DNA from: Geosiphon pyriformis uo1
Lineage: Eukaryota > Fungi > Glomeromycota
Direction: 5' to 3'
Assembly: GCA_016748015.1 (NCBI GenBank)
Contig: JAAOMT010000657.1
Coordinates: 609,227 to 638,176, forward strand
Length of the DNA: 28,950 nt
Below the pieces are notes generated by a model that was given only the letters and a program-made list of their open reading frames with translations, made no database searches and had not been told where the DNA came from. Position 1 is the first letter of the stretch. The number at the start of each line of letters is the position of its first letter. Position numbers and translations under genes: made by a program. Shown piece by piece: positions 1 through 12,291 of this stretch.

Positions 1-1173
1 AGTTTCGTCCTGTTTATGTAAGTGAGTTAGTGGACACCAGTATTTTCATACTGGTTATTGGTGTTTATGTTCATGAGTTGGTGGACGCCAGTAATTTGTC
101 ATCAGTAGCCGATAGTGGGTTCGCCCTAAATAAGCAAAAGACAAGAGTAAATCACATTAAACATAACAATATTACCTTTCTCCTTGATAGTATTAGTCCT
201 ATATAGGATAAAATTTGCTTGAATGGCAAAGAACACCTCTTTATATATTAAATTGCTTCTAATTTGTTGATTTTGACATTAGATCGTTTATTAAAAATTA
301 CGCGTTTGTATTTCACACGAATAAATGAATACATGAATACAAGGGTGGGAGTAACTAGACTTTTTTACTATGTCATCATTAAACGTGTTTTCATCTTTCG
401 AAAATTTTGTTATCAGCTGAGAAATTTTTTTATTAAGCAGATCCTCATGACTCTTTTTTTGGCTCGTTTATCCTAAAATGGTTAATTCGATCAGTATGGG
501 AAATAAAATTAAACCATGAGACAAATAAGAGAACAATGTAAATGGTCAGTCATGGGCGTCCATATTTATCTCGCTGCTGAAAAAATTAAATGGTCGCGGC
601 ATAAAAAAAATGGTGTCATATTTCATAGCCGAAAAACACCTCCAAACATTAAAAGGTTTCAAATCAATTTTATATATAAATTAGATATGATAATAATAAA
701 CGATATTACTTAAGTAGAATAGATGTTTCTCCTTTCTTTCTTTAATTACAGGGTCTGATCTAATGTTTGGAAGTATCAGTGTTTCAGCGTCACGCTGGCA
801 TTTCTGTCTTTTAGTTTTTTTTGCAATACTATTATATTGTCAACATCACATTACAAATTACGTATCAGGGTGAATGCGTAAAGAGCATATGATTTTCAGC
901 CATCCTTTTAAAATCAGTTCTTGATATTTAATGATAATAATGAATTCAAAAACGGGCTTCCATAGAATTCATAAGATCTTGACAAAAAATCATTTACATA
1001 TCACGAAAACCCGAAATTAATATGCCAATGCTTAGATTTACACAAGACCATTTTTATTTAAAATCAAAATAGATTTTCGGAATTAACGTCAAGACATATC
1101 ATAAGAAATATTTAATATCAAAAAATCCAACAAAAAGAAATGAAGTTTCATATTTATCTGCTATGCAAAGAAC

Positions 1174-1177
<4 letters not shown>

Positions 1178-1210
<33 letters not shown>
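1178..1210. repeat. (AAT)11 microsatellite
   Basis: Perfect AAT run read directly from the sequence. Confidence 0.95.
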
Positions 1211-1944
1211 CATAGTGATGAGGATGAATCTCATGTAATATGGGACACGATCAGCAATTTGGTTACCATATTTACATGCCTGTTTGTTGATGGAAACCAA
1301 GTTCTCATGAGAGATCTATCTCTTTTAGGAGCAAAGCGGCCAAAATTAATTAGACAATGGTTTGCTTGTTTTTTAGCATGTTGTGGTAAAAATTAATTAA
1401 GATAAAAATGAGAAGATGCAAATTTTTTGATAGAGAGTATGTTTTTTCTTGAGTTTGTAAAATATTAAAGAGTCTAGTCTCTTTTCATAAGTTTTTCTCA
1501 CTCTTTTGATCCAATTTTCGATACCAAAACTCAAGATATTGTTGACTGTATTGATATTTTCCCCACTTGCAAATTGGTTCATCTGATCGAAAAAAGTTGC
1601 AATTTATTTTGAAAACGAGCAATAGCAAACATCAAAAAGTTGCCAGATCAAAGTGAAATGGAAAATAAAAATCATGATAGAGCTTCAATTGAAAAAGATA
1701 AGACAAATGAAAGGATTTTGAGAAAATTTAAATTGAGACATTTCTGATGCTTTTTAATTTATTCACAATAATAAAAATTAGATTGGATCAATGAAAAAAA
1801 AACAGAAATATCAAGTGACTATTTTTAGTAAAGGCGACAACAATAAGAGATTTGTGATATTTCTTCAGTGACAAAGGGAGAATTTCGGACAACAAAAATG
1901 GCTAATGACGCATACATTCTCTCAAAGAAAAATAATAAAGATCC

Positions 1945-2150
1945 CTTCTTTTATCACTTCTCTTCCTTTATCACTTCCTTTTCTTTATCGCTTCCCTTTC
2001 TTTATCGCTTCCCTTCTTTTATCGCTTCGCTTCTCTTCCTTCATTCCTTCTTTTTCTTCGTCCTTTCTTTCTTTTTTTTCCTTTCTTTTTTTTCCTTTTT
2101 TTTGTCCTCTCTTCCTTTTCTTTCTCTCTCTCTCTCTTCGTTTCTATCCA
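1945..2150. repeat. Polypyrimidine tract with about 5 copies of an ~18-bp minisatellite (core TTTATCRCTTC), then T/CT runs
   Basis: tttatcacttc / tttatcgcttc recurs at about 18-nt spacing over 1945-2035, followed by low-complexity CT/T sequence. Confidence 0.85.
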
Positions 2151-4439
2151 ACTTTTTTAAAGGTGAATCTCACTGAGAATTGTACTTGTCAAAAATTAAA
2201 ATTAAAGAATTAAAGAACTAAGAATCAAAAAAATTAAATAATTCTGTTTTTTCAAATAATCTCGAGTACAAACTTTATGATGTTACAATACTCATAATTT
2301 TTTTTGTAAATGACTTATTTGCAACAAAAGTCATTGAAACCTTGAAAGCAATAAAGGTAATTATGAAAAGTATTTATTGTTGTTTTATTTATGTAATTTT
2401 ATTTTAGTTTATTGTTAGATTACAAGTTTTTATTAATAAATAAAATCTTTGAAATTTTTTTAAAATTCAAAGTCGTTTGATAATTTAAGAGATATAATTA
2501 TGTGACTATTAACTATTATATTAATTAGAATCGATTAAAATGTTATTTATTTCTTAAAACAAAAAAAATAATTACTTATTATCGAAATTATTAACACATT
2601 ATTATAATTTTGACGAATCATTCACCACCATTTTGAGTTTCTTTTTTTAATGAATCATCCCCCATTTTTTCCTTGCTTTAAATCTTTTATACCAAAAACA
2701 GATTATCTGGAAAAATTTCTCTAAATTTCCAATTATATTGAAAAAATTGTTTTTTAATATTTGCTAATAAACAAAAATTACCAAGAAAATTTAAAAATTT
2801 AATTAAATTCAACCTTTATCTTGTCAATTGTTTAAAAATTTTGCAATTCTAACATAATTTGCATTTAGAATTTTTTATTGGTTTTTGAGATTATTCATTA
2901 AACTTGTTTTTTTTGGTGCAATTAAGTTTGGTATTACATGTATTACACATTATTGATTACATCTTAGAATTGTATAATTTTATTGGCAAAATAATGATAA
3001 TTTTCATATTAAATAATATATCTTGACTCGCATGCTTTATTGTTTCTTTTTTTTGAGTTTTTTGAGGATATTATAAATTGTAAAAAAGTGTATATTTGTT
3101 TTATTCTGTATTTCTTTTATCTTTTATATTTTTTGCTTTTAAAAATGTAATATGACTTGTTATTACATTTTTTGCTTTGAAGTCAGTATTTTAAAGACAA
3201 GTTATAAAAAAAACTATTAATTAATACATAAAAAAATGTTTTTAGAACTTAGTCACTTACTTAATATTCTGTTTTCATTTTTACTATTACAAAACTTACA
3301 AAAATGATTAAACCAAATGTAATCTTAGTAAATTTGTTTTTAATAACCAAAATTTAAATAGTTTTATAAATAAACTTAGCAGATTAAATTTATTTTTAGC
3401 TTTTTTTAATTTAACTTAGTTTGTGTTTTAACTAATTTGGATAATTAATTATATATAAAAAATATATGATTTATATATTAATTTAGACTTAATTTAAAAT
3501 ATATTGTATTAGATAGTAATTAAATTATATTTTATTAAAATATAATAATAAAAAACATTAAAAATATTAATATTTTACTTTGTAATCTTAGTTTATTATT
3601 AGTATTTGTTAATTAATTTGCACAAAAATATTATAAAAGTTTATATAAAAAATATTTAAACCAAATTTTATTATTATTATTATTAAACTTTTAACAAGTA
3701 TAATTCAATTACTATCTAATATATATAAACAAATTAAGAATTTACAGCTAAATATAACTTATATTTTTATTAATATAATCAAGTATTCAAGCTAGTCATA
3801 ATTATATTATTTATTTATAACTATACTAATTTTACTACTTAAATTAAAGAAAAATATGTATTAATTATATAAATCAAAACTAATAATCATAATTTTATTA
3901 ATACTTAATAACTAAATTATATTGTTTTAATAAATATTCTGTTAACTTATATAAATTATATAGAATAAATAAATTATTAATAAATAAAATTGAAAATTTG
4001 TCTTTTTTTAATCTAACAACTATTATAAATATTAAATTTGCACAAACCAAACTTTAAAACACAAATATTAATAACAGCTTAACTATTTTAATAAATAATA
4101 ATTATATTAAAAAAAAAATATACTTAAAAATTAAAACAATAATTTACAGTTTAACAAATATTAATAACATTAATTCAGAAATTTAAATACCAATATTCAA
4201 TTTTAAATTCTTAAAATATGCAGCAGTTTTATTAATAATACTACAAGATTTTAATCTTTTTAATGAATTATTTATAAAAACATTAATAATTAACAATTAT
4301 ATTTTGACTAAATTTTCTTTAATTATTAATATATTATTAAAATTTAATATATTTTAACAAGTAATATTATAATTAGAAAAAAAAGTAGTCATAAGCAAAT
4401 TTATTTCGAAAAATTAAGTAATAATAACAAATTAATAGA

Positions 4440-6000
4440 ATATTATTATGTATAAAAGATTTTAAGTATTGGTTTTAATAATTAAAATTCATAATTTGAT
4501 GTTAATTGGCTAATAATAATAAAATTCTAAATGTTTTTGTAATTTAAAGGTTTTAGTCTTAAGTTTTTTGTATAATAAACAAAAATTCAATTTGTATTGT
4601 TTTTCTGAATTTTTTTTTAATATAAAAACTGGTTTGATTTAATAATTATATTTTTTTGATAAGCTATTCTTGATATCAATAATTTCAATACTTAATTTTT
4701 TAATTAATTAATATATACAAAACACAATAAATAACAGAAAATAAATAAAAACAATAAAAAAAAGAAAAAATTAATATTTTATTAATAGTTATAATCAAAA
4801 ACTATTATTCTAATATAATTAAATATTAGAATTTATCAATATAAGTGCTAATAAATAAGAGTAATAAGTATTTAATCAAATAATTATAATTACATATAGA
4901 ATAAAGTATATAATATATTTATTAAAATAAATAGGATGCTATTTTAAGCTATAAAAAACTAATTTTTGAAATAGAATAATGTATGAAATTTTAAATTAAA
5001 AATTTTTGTTTCTAATTACTCATTTGTTTTTTTTTCTTATTTTTAATTTTATTAATATATATATAATTCTTATTATATAAGATTTTTGAAAATTTTCAAT
5101 TTTTTCTATATGTTTTTTTGAAATTTAAGAATTCTGCAATTTTTGTTAAAAAAATTACTATAATTTTGAAATCTTGTAATTTCTGAAATTTTGCAATTTT
5201 GGAATTTTAAAATTTTTTTTTTACTATGTATATTTTTTATTGGCTATTTTTATTTAATTATTATTATTTTTATTTTGTATAAGTAATATTATTTTCTTTT
5301 TTTAATATTAAATTCTATTAAAATTTTCAAAATTTTATAATATTACTTTATTACTTTCTTTTTTAAAATTGTATTTGTGATTTTGGTCTCCAATCTTTCA
5401 AATTAAGCATTAATAATTTTTTTTAATTGGTTAATAGTTATTATGTTTATTGTTAAATATAATAATATTTTTAAATAATATTAAAATTTTGTTTGTTATT
5501 AGTAAATTGCTTTAATATATATAAATAAATTATTCTTTCTCTTAAATTGTTTTATTTGTTGTAATATAATTAAATTAAATATTTATTTGGTTTTATCTAT
5601 GTACAAATTTTAAATATTTAACTTTTATCTTATATAATAGTAATAAAAATTTTTAAAAAATTGTTGTGTTTATTAACTTCAATTTTCGAGAGTTAATTTT
5701 TTATATAATAATATTATTATTGATGTTTTAAATATTGTTTTTACTTTTTTTATTATTTTGTTTATTATGTTTTTTAATATATAGTATATAGAATATTGCA
5801 TATTGTTTTAAATTTTTTGTTTTTTTCTGTGTTTTTGTATTGAATTATTTGTTTGTTAATTATAATTTTCATATTTGATTTTTGATGTTTGATTAATTAA
5901 AATAGTTGTTGTACCATAGAATAAATATTTTCTGTAATTTCTATTTTTTTTAATTTTTATGTGTATTCATTAATTGTTTTTTTTTTAGAAATTAAATAAA
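4440..6000 (-). mobile_element. Heavily AT-eroded relic of an element-A-like 3' LTR plus adjacent PPT/ORF3 region
   Basis: Collinear with 10719-12250. atagttataatcaaaaactattattctaatataattaaatatt (~4785) matches atagccatgatcaagagctattgttccagtgtagttaagtatc (~11159). LTR end gtaata+ttattttctttt at ~5288 matches 11594. caaattaagcattaataat (~5399) matches caaattgagcattggtgat (~11715). Boundaries approximate. Confidence 0.75.
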
Positions 6001-7597
6001 TTATATATAATAGTAGATTGTAAATAAGATTACAATTATTATAGTATTTGAAGTTACTAAAAATTAAATAATATTTACAAATTTTAGTATTAAGTTGTCT
6101 TAGTTTTTATTTCTGTTCTTTTTTAATAAGTGTTAAGTTTTGATAATACTTATAGAATTGTTTTAATTGTTCATAATATTATTAAAAAAGATGAGATTTA
6201 AAGTGAATTAGATTTTAAAAAGTTTTAGAAAATTATTTTTGATCTTTAATATTTTATTAAATAAAGTGTTTTTAATTTTAACTGTTGTTATTTTTCAGAT
6301 CTTATTTTTATTGTGTAAATAATCATTCAAATATAAAAGAGCTTTTTTTTATACAATATTTATTGGTATTCTCTTACATACTCAATTATTAATAAAAATT
6401 ATATATTAACATAATTTGTTATATATTTATTTATAACTAAAAATGTTATTTTATATTTTTTTATCAAAAAAAGTTTTTTTACAAATTAAACAAAGTTTGT
6501 TGTTCTATTTTTTTTGTTATTTTAATCTATTAAATCTTTTTAATATATATAATTAGCAATAGTATTTAGTAATTATTGGCCAGTTTTTATTGTTACTATA
6601 GTAAACTTTCATAAAAAAAAGCTTTTTTTTACAATTAATACAAAAAAACCACTTATTTTTAAGCTTTCTTGAATGTTAGTGCTGGTTTTAATAATGTTTG
6701 TTTTATATTATATAATATAAAAAAGTTTTATTATGTGTCTAAGTTTATAAAGTTTTAAAAACAAAAAAAACAAAAATCAAATTTGCTATTTTTAAGCAAA
6801 TAAAGAGCTTTATAAACAATAAAAATTATATTATTAAAAGTATTTTAAAATATTTATTTTAAAAGATAGTTTTAAATTATTTAATTATAAATAATGAATT
6901 AATTTTAATTTTTAATAATATTAAATTTAAAGTATACAATATTATAGAAAATCAAACAAAAAAAAACAATCTTGAACAATATTTCTGATTTATAACAATA
7001 TTAATACTTATTATTAGATCTTATAAATAATAATACTTTTTTTAAAATTATAAATGCCATTAAAAAGCTTTTCAATAAAAAAACTGCTAATTTGTTTAGT
7101 ATTTTTAATAAACTTTAAAAATATTGTGATAATTTAATATTGTATATGCTTTTGAATTTGTTAAATATTTGTTTAATTAGTAAATTAGTTTTTTAACTAT
7201 AAAAAAAACATAAGTGATAATAATTTTTAAATTATATGAGTGAAATAAAGTTTTAATAAATATTTATTCTATTATTTTAATTAAAACTTCTTAAAAAATT
7301 TTTTAATATATAATAAATTTAATATTTTTTATAATAATAATTTTTCTGTTTTTAAAAACATTATGATTAAATTTTCAATTTTTGTTATTAATTTTATAAT
7401 AAAAAATATCTTAAAAAGAATTATAAACTTTAATTAGTTTTATATAATATGTAAAAAACTTATAATTTTATTGAATAATATTATTTAAAAAATAATTTGC
7501 TTTAGATTAAGATATATAATAGATTTATTAAAATTTTTAATTAAATAATAACAAATTTTAAATTAACAAAAAATATTAAATACATAATAATTTAGAT

Positions 7598-8211
7598 GTG
7601 GTGAGATTTTGGTGGAGACTTCTGCCCGTTGGTCAGGTTTGGCTGGTGGTTCCCCTGCTTCTGCCGTGTTGTAGGTTTTGTCTCAATGTTCCATTGATGT
7701 TGGGCTGTACACTTTGGTGTACAAAGGGTTTGTGCTGGAGGAGTGGTACAAGGAGGCTTGCGATGTTTTTGAGGATAGAAAGGTGGCCACTGTTCGGATT
7801 GTTGATTATGTTAAATTTGTTGTTGGATTACATTGTGCTAAAGTATGGTTGACTAGAGCCAGCCACCGGGTGGTAATGGAGAAGGCTGGTCTGGTCTGTG
7901 ACATTGGTGTTGTTTCTGGGCTCCCTTGTGGTGTGTCTTTGGTTTTGTCTGACAGTGTTGTGAGATTGCTTGGTTTGGCCAATTTCTTTGCTGTTAGCTT
8001 TGGTTGTCGGAAGCCTTATTGTTTTTTTTCTGGTCTGGGTGGCAGTGTGCGGGTAGTTATAGATGTATAGTGTTGCCTTGTCTGGCCTGAGTGGCTAGCC
8101 ACATGTAGAAAGTGCGTGAGTTGCATTTAGTTTGAGCCTCTTAGTTTGGTTTTATGTACTAGATAGCAATTGGGCTACACTCGTTAAATGCATTAATAAA
8201 AAAAAATAAAA
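7598..8211 (+). mobile_element. 5'-truncated non-LTR retrotransposon (LINE): ORF2 C-terminus, 3' UTR and poly(A) tail
   Basis: GC-rich island inside AT-rich DNA; ORF 7678-8070 ends ...GGSVRVVIDV*; A-tail at ~8195-8211; flanked by the direct repeat AATTTAGAT (7589-7597 and 8212-8220), consistent with a TSD. The ORF2 assignment is from recalled family similarity. Confidence 0.8.
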
Positions 8212-8707
8212 AATTTAGATCAAAGTAAAATTTTTTTTTATTTCTATAGAAAATCTTTTATGATTTTTATTTATATAATGTAAAAAGACAAAAAAATTTA
8301 TATAAATACAGAATTAATATTATATTTGTTATTAAATTTAAAAAAATTAAGAGTTATACTGATTTGTTATTTTTTTTTGCTGCTAATATTTTTGTTAATA
8401 ATACAATTTAAATAAAGAGTAATTAAATTATTATATAATATATTTTAGATATAAAATGTAAATTTTTTAAAATTAATAATATCTTAATTAATAATAATAA
8501 AACTGTGATAATTTTTATTAATTATTAAATAAAAATATAATGTTTGTTTATTAGTAATTTACTGATTTTAATTACAAAAAGGAAAAAATTTTATAAATAT
8601 AGTGTTAAAAAAAATTATTATAAATAAATAATTTCTGTATTTAGTATTAATTATATTGTAACTAATAATTAATTACAAAATACAATTTAATTTTATTTTC
8701 AAAACAT

Positions 8708-9123
8708 TGTTACTTATAGAAATTAAAAATTATAATAAGTAAATAAAATAGCCAATCAGAAATAAGCATAATAAAAAGAAAAATTCTAGGATTTCTTTTA
8801 AAGAATTTTAGAATTCCAGAATTTTTTTTAAAAAAATTAAAGAATTTTAAGAAATCTCATATAACATAAATTATATATATATAGCAAGAGTGTTAAAAAC
8901 AAAAAAAAATTTCAATAAAGTTCAAATTAGTTCAAAACAATATTACTATTTTTTTCAAATAATAGTTTTTTATAACTTAAAATAGAATTATACTTATATT
9001 AATAAAACATTTATTATTATTCAAATTTATATTAATCTATTTTACAATATCAACACTTCATGTTAATAAAATTTAATACTTAATTACACTAAACCAATAG
9101 TTTTTAATTATAACTATTAACAG
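8708..9123 (+). mobile_element. Degenerate A-like LTR in inverted orientation, truncated by the next insertion
   Basis: Begins TGTTAC at 8708. agccaatcagaa, aattctaggatt and atcaacacttcatgttaataa match the reverse complement of 11594 to ~11150. Confidence 0.75.
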
Positions 9124-9570
9124 TATTACAAGTAATTATTTAGGATATTAAAACAAATAACAAATTCATAACTTAATGCTTAATAACTGGAAATATTAGT
9201 AATTTCTAAAGATTTTGAAATCTAAAGATTTTAGTTGAGTTTTTTATATAATAGACAGAGAGTTAATTGATAGTTTTTTTTGTGAATTTTTTTTTTAGTA
9301 TGATAATCAATTTATTCTAACAGTTATGTTTTTCTGGTAAGCTATTTTTAAGTTTTTTACTCTTGTTTTTAGGTTTTTTATTGGGCTATTTTTGATATCA
9401 AATATTCAATGTTTAATTCCTTTAATCAATTAGTAAACAAAAAAAAATAAAAAATAAAAAAAATAAAAAAAGAAAATAAAAAATTAGTATTTTATTAATA
9501 ATTATAATTAAAAGCTATTAGTCTAATATAGTTAAATATTGAATTCTATTAACATAAAATATTGAAATTT
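9124..9570 (-). mobile_element. Degenerate A-like LTR fragment, same orientation as element A
   Basis: tattacaagt...cataacttaatgct...gttgagttttttatataatagacagag...ttagtaaacaa matches 10719 to ~11225 with C>T/G>A changes; it stops where LINE-like sequence begins. Confidence 0.75.
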
Positions 9571-9684
9571 AATATTATCTTTTTCTTGTTAATCTTCTAA
9601 CTATAATGAGAGTAAAGATTTATTGAAGAATTAACAACCCTTTTTTTCCTTTTTTTTCATCTTTTCATAGTTATTTCTTCCAAT

Positions 9685-10718
9685 ATACCTGTTTTTATTG
9701 TTATAAAACCAGTAGACTTTTCTGCTGGTGGCTCTGGTTTAAGTTCAGCTGATTTGGAAACCCACCCAAATACTAAAAAAAGTGCATGGAGAGCATCTAC
9801 TCTCATATTGTGTCATATAAGAAGCTGAAAAAACCTAATACTAGTGGTGTTTTGGTCAATTTGTTTATTGGCTCTTTGGCACTAAAAAATATTGGCATTT
9901 TTGGTGATAAGCCTACTGTGTTTTGGGAAAGTAAAGTTGGCAGTATTGCTAGCAGTGTGAATAGTCTCTTGAATGTTGAGAATATAGGGAACATGATTGC
10001 CAAGAAAATAAGCTACATTGAATCAAGTAAAGATAATGATATGAATAATATTATACTAAGAAAAACTCACATCTGAACATACATGTTGGACAACTCTCTG
10101 AAAGCTCCAATGTTTGATATTATAAGAGATGATAAGAATATACTGGGTTTTCCATCTTTAAAGTTCAATAGTTCCAATTAACTGCTGTTTGTTAAGTTAT
10201 GTGTTCTGGAAAAATATAGCTTTAAACTAGTCAAATTGTTCACATTGAATGTTGAGTTGTCTGCTGTGTCTGGAAAAACAAATAGTGATAAGTTAATTAC
10301 AATTAAAAAATTTTTTTATCAAATTGATGGTTTTGGAGGGGCTTCTACTTTCTCAAAATTTTTAGAAATTATTAAGTTATCATTTACTTCTAAAATAAGT
10401 TTGAAAAAGGCTAGAGAAATGACAATTAGTAAAAAGATTTTGGTCAATAATAATCTTAGGAAAGTAAACAGCCAATTGGATTGAAAAGTGATCGTCAAAA
10501 AAATTTTAGTTGAGCTTTTCAAATTGGCTGTGAAATCAGTTTTTTCTAAATTTGGTAAGGTTGTATCAATTAAGATGCAACTGATTGGCCTATGACAAAA
10601 AGCTTTAGTGGAGTTTAATTCATCTAAAATAACTGATTTGGTTGCAGCTAAATGGTCTGTTTTCTTGAAAAAAAATTCTGTTTGTGTGGCAAAAGCTGTA
10701 GGTGATAAACAAATGTGG
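9685..10718 (+). pseudogene. LINE ORF1 (RRM-containing RNA-binding protein), degenerate, interrupted at 10718 by element A
   Basis: ORF pieces 9786-10076 and 10236-10484 continue through stops into VIVKKILVELFKLAVKSVFSKFGKVVSIKMQLIGL*QKALVEFNSS, an RRM-like RNP2/FGKV/RNP1 pattern. The frame ends abruptly at KQMW, directly before TGTTAC. Confidence 0.7.
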
Positions 10719-11594
10719 TGTTACAGGTGACAATTTCTGGGGTTGAATTAAATACAAACCCATAACTTGGTGCTCAAAGCTCTTCTTGTTGTTGATGATC
10801 TAAAGGTTTGGTATCTGAAGGTTTTGTATCTGAAGGGTTTGGTTGAGTTCTTTATATAATGAACAGAGATTCAACAGTGATAGTTTTATCTGTAGCTTCC
10901 CGAAACCGTAGTTTCATCAATTTTTTTCTCAGCTTGATGGCCAGTATTTTTCCTGATAAGCTATTCTCAATCAAGTGTTCTACCCTTATTTCTGGGTCTT
11001 TTACCAGTCACGTTTATCCTGACGTCAATGCCCCATGTGTTAATCCTCAATAGAGTTAGTAAACAACAATAAAATCAAAGCAAGAAAATAAAGAAAATAA
11101 AATAAAATAAAGAAAAAAAAAAATAAGCCAAGATGATTTGCAAGTTAGTATTCCATCAATAGCCATGATCAAGAGCTATTGTTCCAGTGTAGTTAAGTAT
11201 CAATTATTATCAACATGAAGTGTTGATAGTGGAAATGGGTTTAAGATAACAAATAGTTATTTATTAGATGCTTGTGATTTGGAAAGTTGCTTAGATTAAA
11301 TCTAAACTAAGAAGTCTGTTTTTTCAGCTTCTAATCCTGCTGCTATATATACATAATTGAGATTCCTCAATTCCTCGATTCTTCATAACAGGAATCCTGG
11401 AATTTCTGGAATCCTGCAATTTTTTTGAGAGAAATCCTGGAATTCTGGAATCCTGCGATTTCTCATTGAGGAATTCTGAAATTTCTGGAATTCTGCAATT
11501 CCTGAAAGGAATCCTAGAATTCCACATTTACTATGCCTACTTCTGATTGGCTAATAATCATGCTAATATATTTTCTATATTTCTATGAATAATA
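10719..11594 (-). repeat. Element A 3' LTR (~876 bp)
   Basis: Starts TGTTAC and is collinear with 28545-28950. Ends gaataata (eroded GTAACA) next to the PPT. On the minus strand it has CCAAT (~11547-11551), a TATA-like tatatata (~11344-11351) and a GGAATYC array. Confidence 0.9.
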
Positions 11595-11609
11595 TTATTC
11601 CCTTCTTTT
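11595..11609 (-). other. Polypurine tract of element A
   Basis: Minus strand AAAAGAAGGGAATAA immediately upstream of the 3' LTR. Confidence 0.8.
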
Positions 11610-12267
11610 AATATTGAGCTCTGTTGAAATCCAACTTGTTTAATTCCCTTTCTTAAAGTATTTCCTGGATTTCATTTTCGAGAATTACTTGTGTTATTTG
11701 GGTCTGTAATTTTTCAAATTGAGCATTGGTGATCTTTCCCAATTAGTTACTGGTAACCATATTTATTGCTTTGTTAAGTAATATTTCTGGTCTATCCTGA
11801 AATGCTGTGTGTATTCAATATATAGCTCGGACCTGTGTAGATAAGTTGTTCTTTCTCACAAAATGTTCTAATTGTTGCAGTATTTTTTTGTCAAATAATC
11901 ACTTTGTTTTATCCGTATATAGATTCTGGATATTTATGTGTTGTCCCAAGTAAAAATAACAATAGTTTTGTGGAAATTGTTGTATCCACCAATTCCAAGT
12001 TTCTTTAGTCAACTCTTGATATAGTGACTCTTTTGTCAACTTTTTTATTGCTAATTTTACTTTCACAATGATTTTGTCCATAGTATTTTCAGTTTTCTTC
12101 TGTGTTCTGGGTTGCAATGTCTTTTTAGTATCTTAATATTGAATGATTTGTTGATTGATTGTAATCTCCATTTTCTGGTGTTGGATCAATTGAAAAAGTT
12201 GTTATGCTAGTGAGTAAATGTTGTCTGTAATTTCCATTTTTTTGATATTTCCTGTCACATCTATCAT
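11608..12267 (-). pseudogene. Element A extra ORF3 (env position), unknown function, about 220 aa when repaired
   Basis: ATG at 12267 is in frame with ORF 11899-12117. Interrupting stops are TAA/TGA explainable as CAA/CGA transitions, plus one frameshift near 11810. Ends ...NKLDFNRAQY* at the PPT. Confidence 0.6.
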
Positions 12268-12291
12268 GTCTTTATATATTCTTTTGATGGA

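Noticed and set aside
264-713. Short ORFs 264-476 and 516-713
   Set aside because: No recognisable motifs; length and composition expected by chance in AT-rich intergenic DNA.
1163-1582. Convergent ORFs 1163-1396 (poly-N) and 1397-1582
   Set aside because: The poly-N comes from the AAT microsatellite; no domain or splice support, although a small gene cannot be excluded.
1868-2213. F/S/L-rich ORFs resembling membrane proteins
   Set aside because: Translation artefacts of the polypyrimidine repeat.
2900-7590. Mitochondrial or endosymbiont insertion explaining the AT-rich DNA
   Set aside because: No ORFs or RNA genes are recognisable, and parts align to the resident LTR family by transitions.
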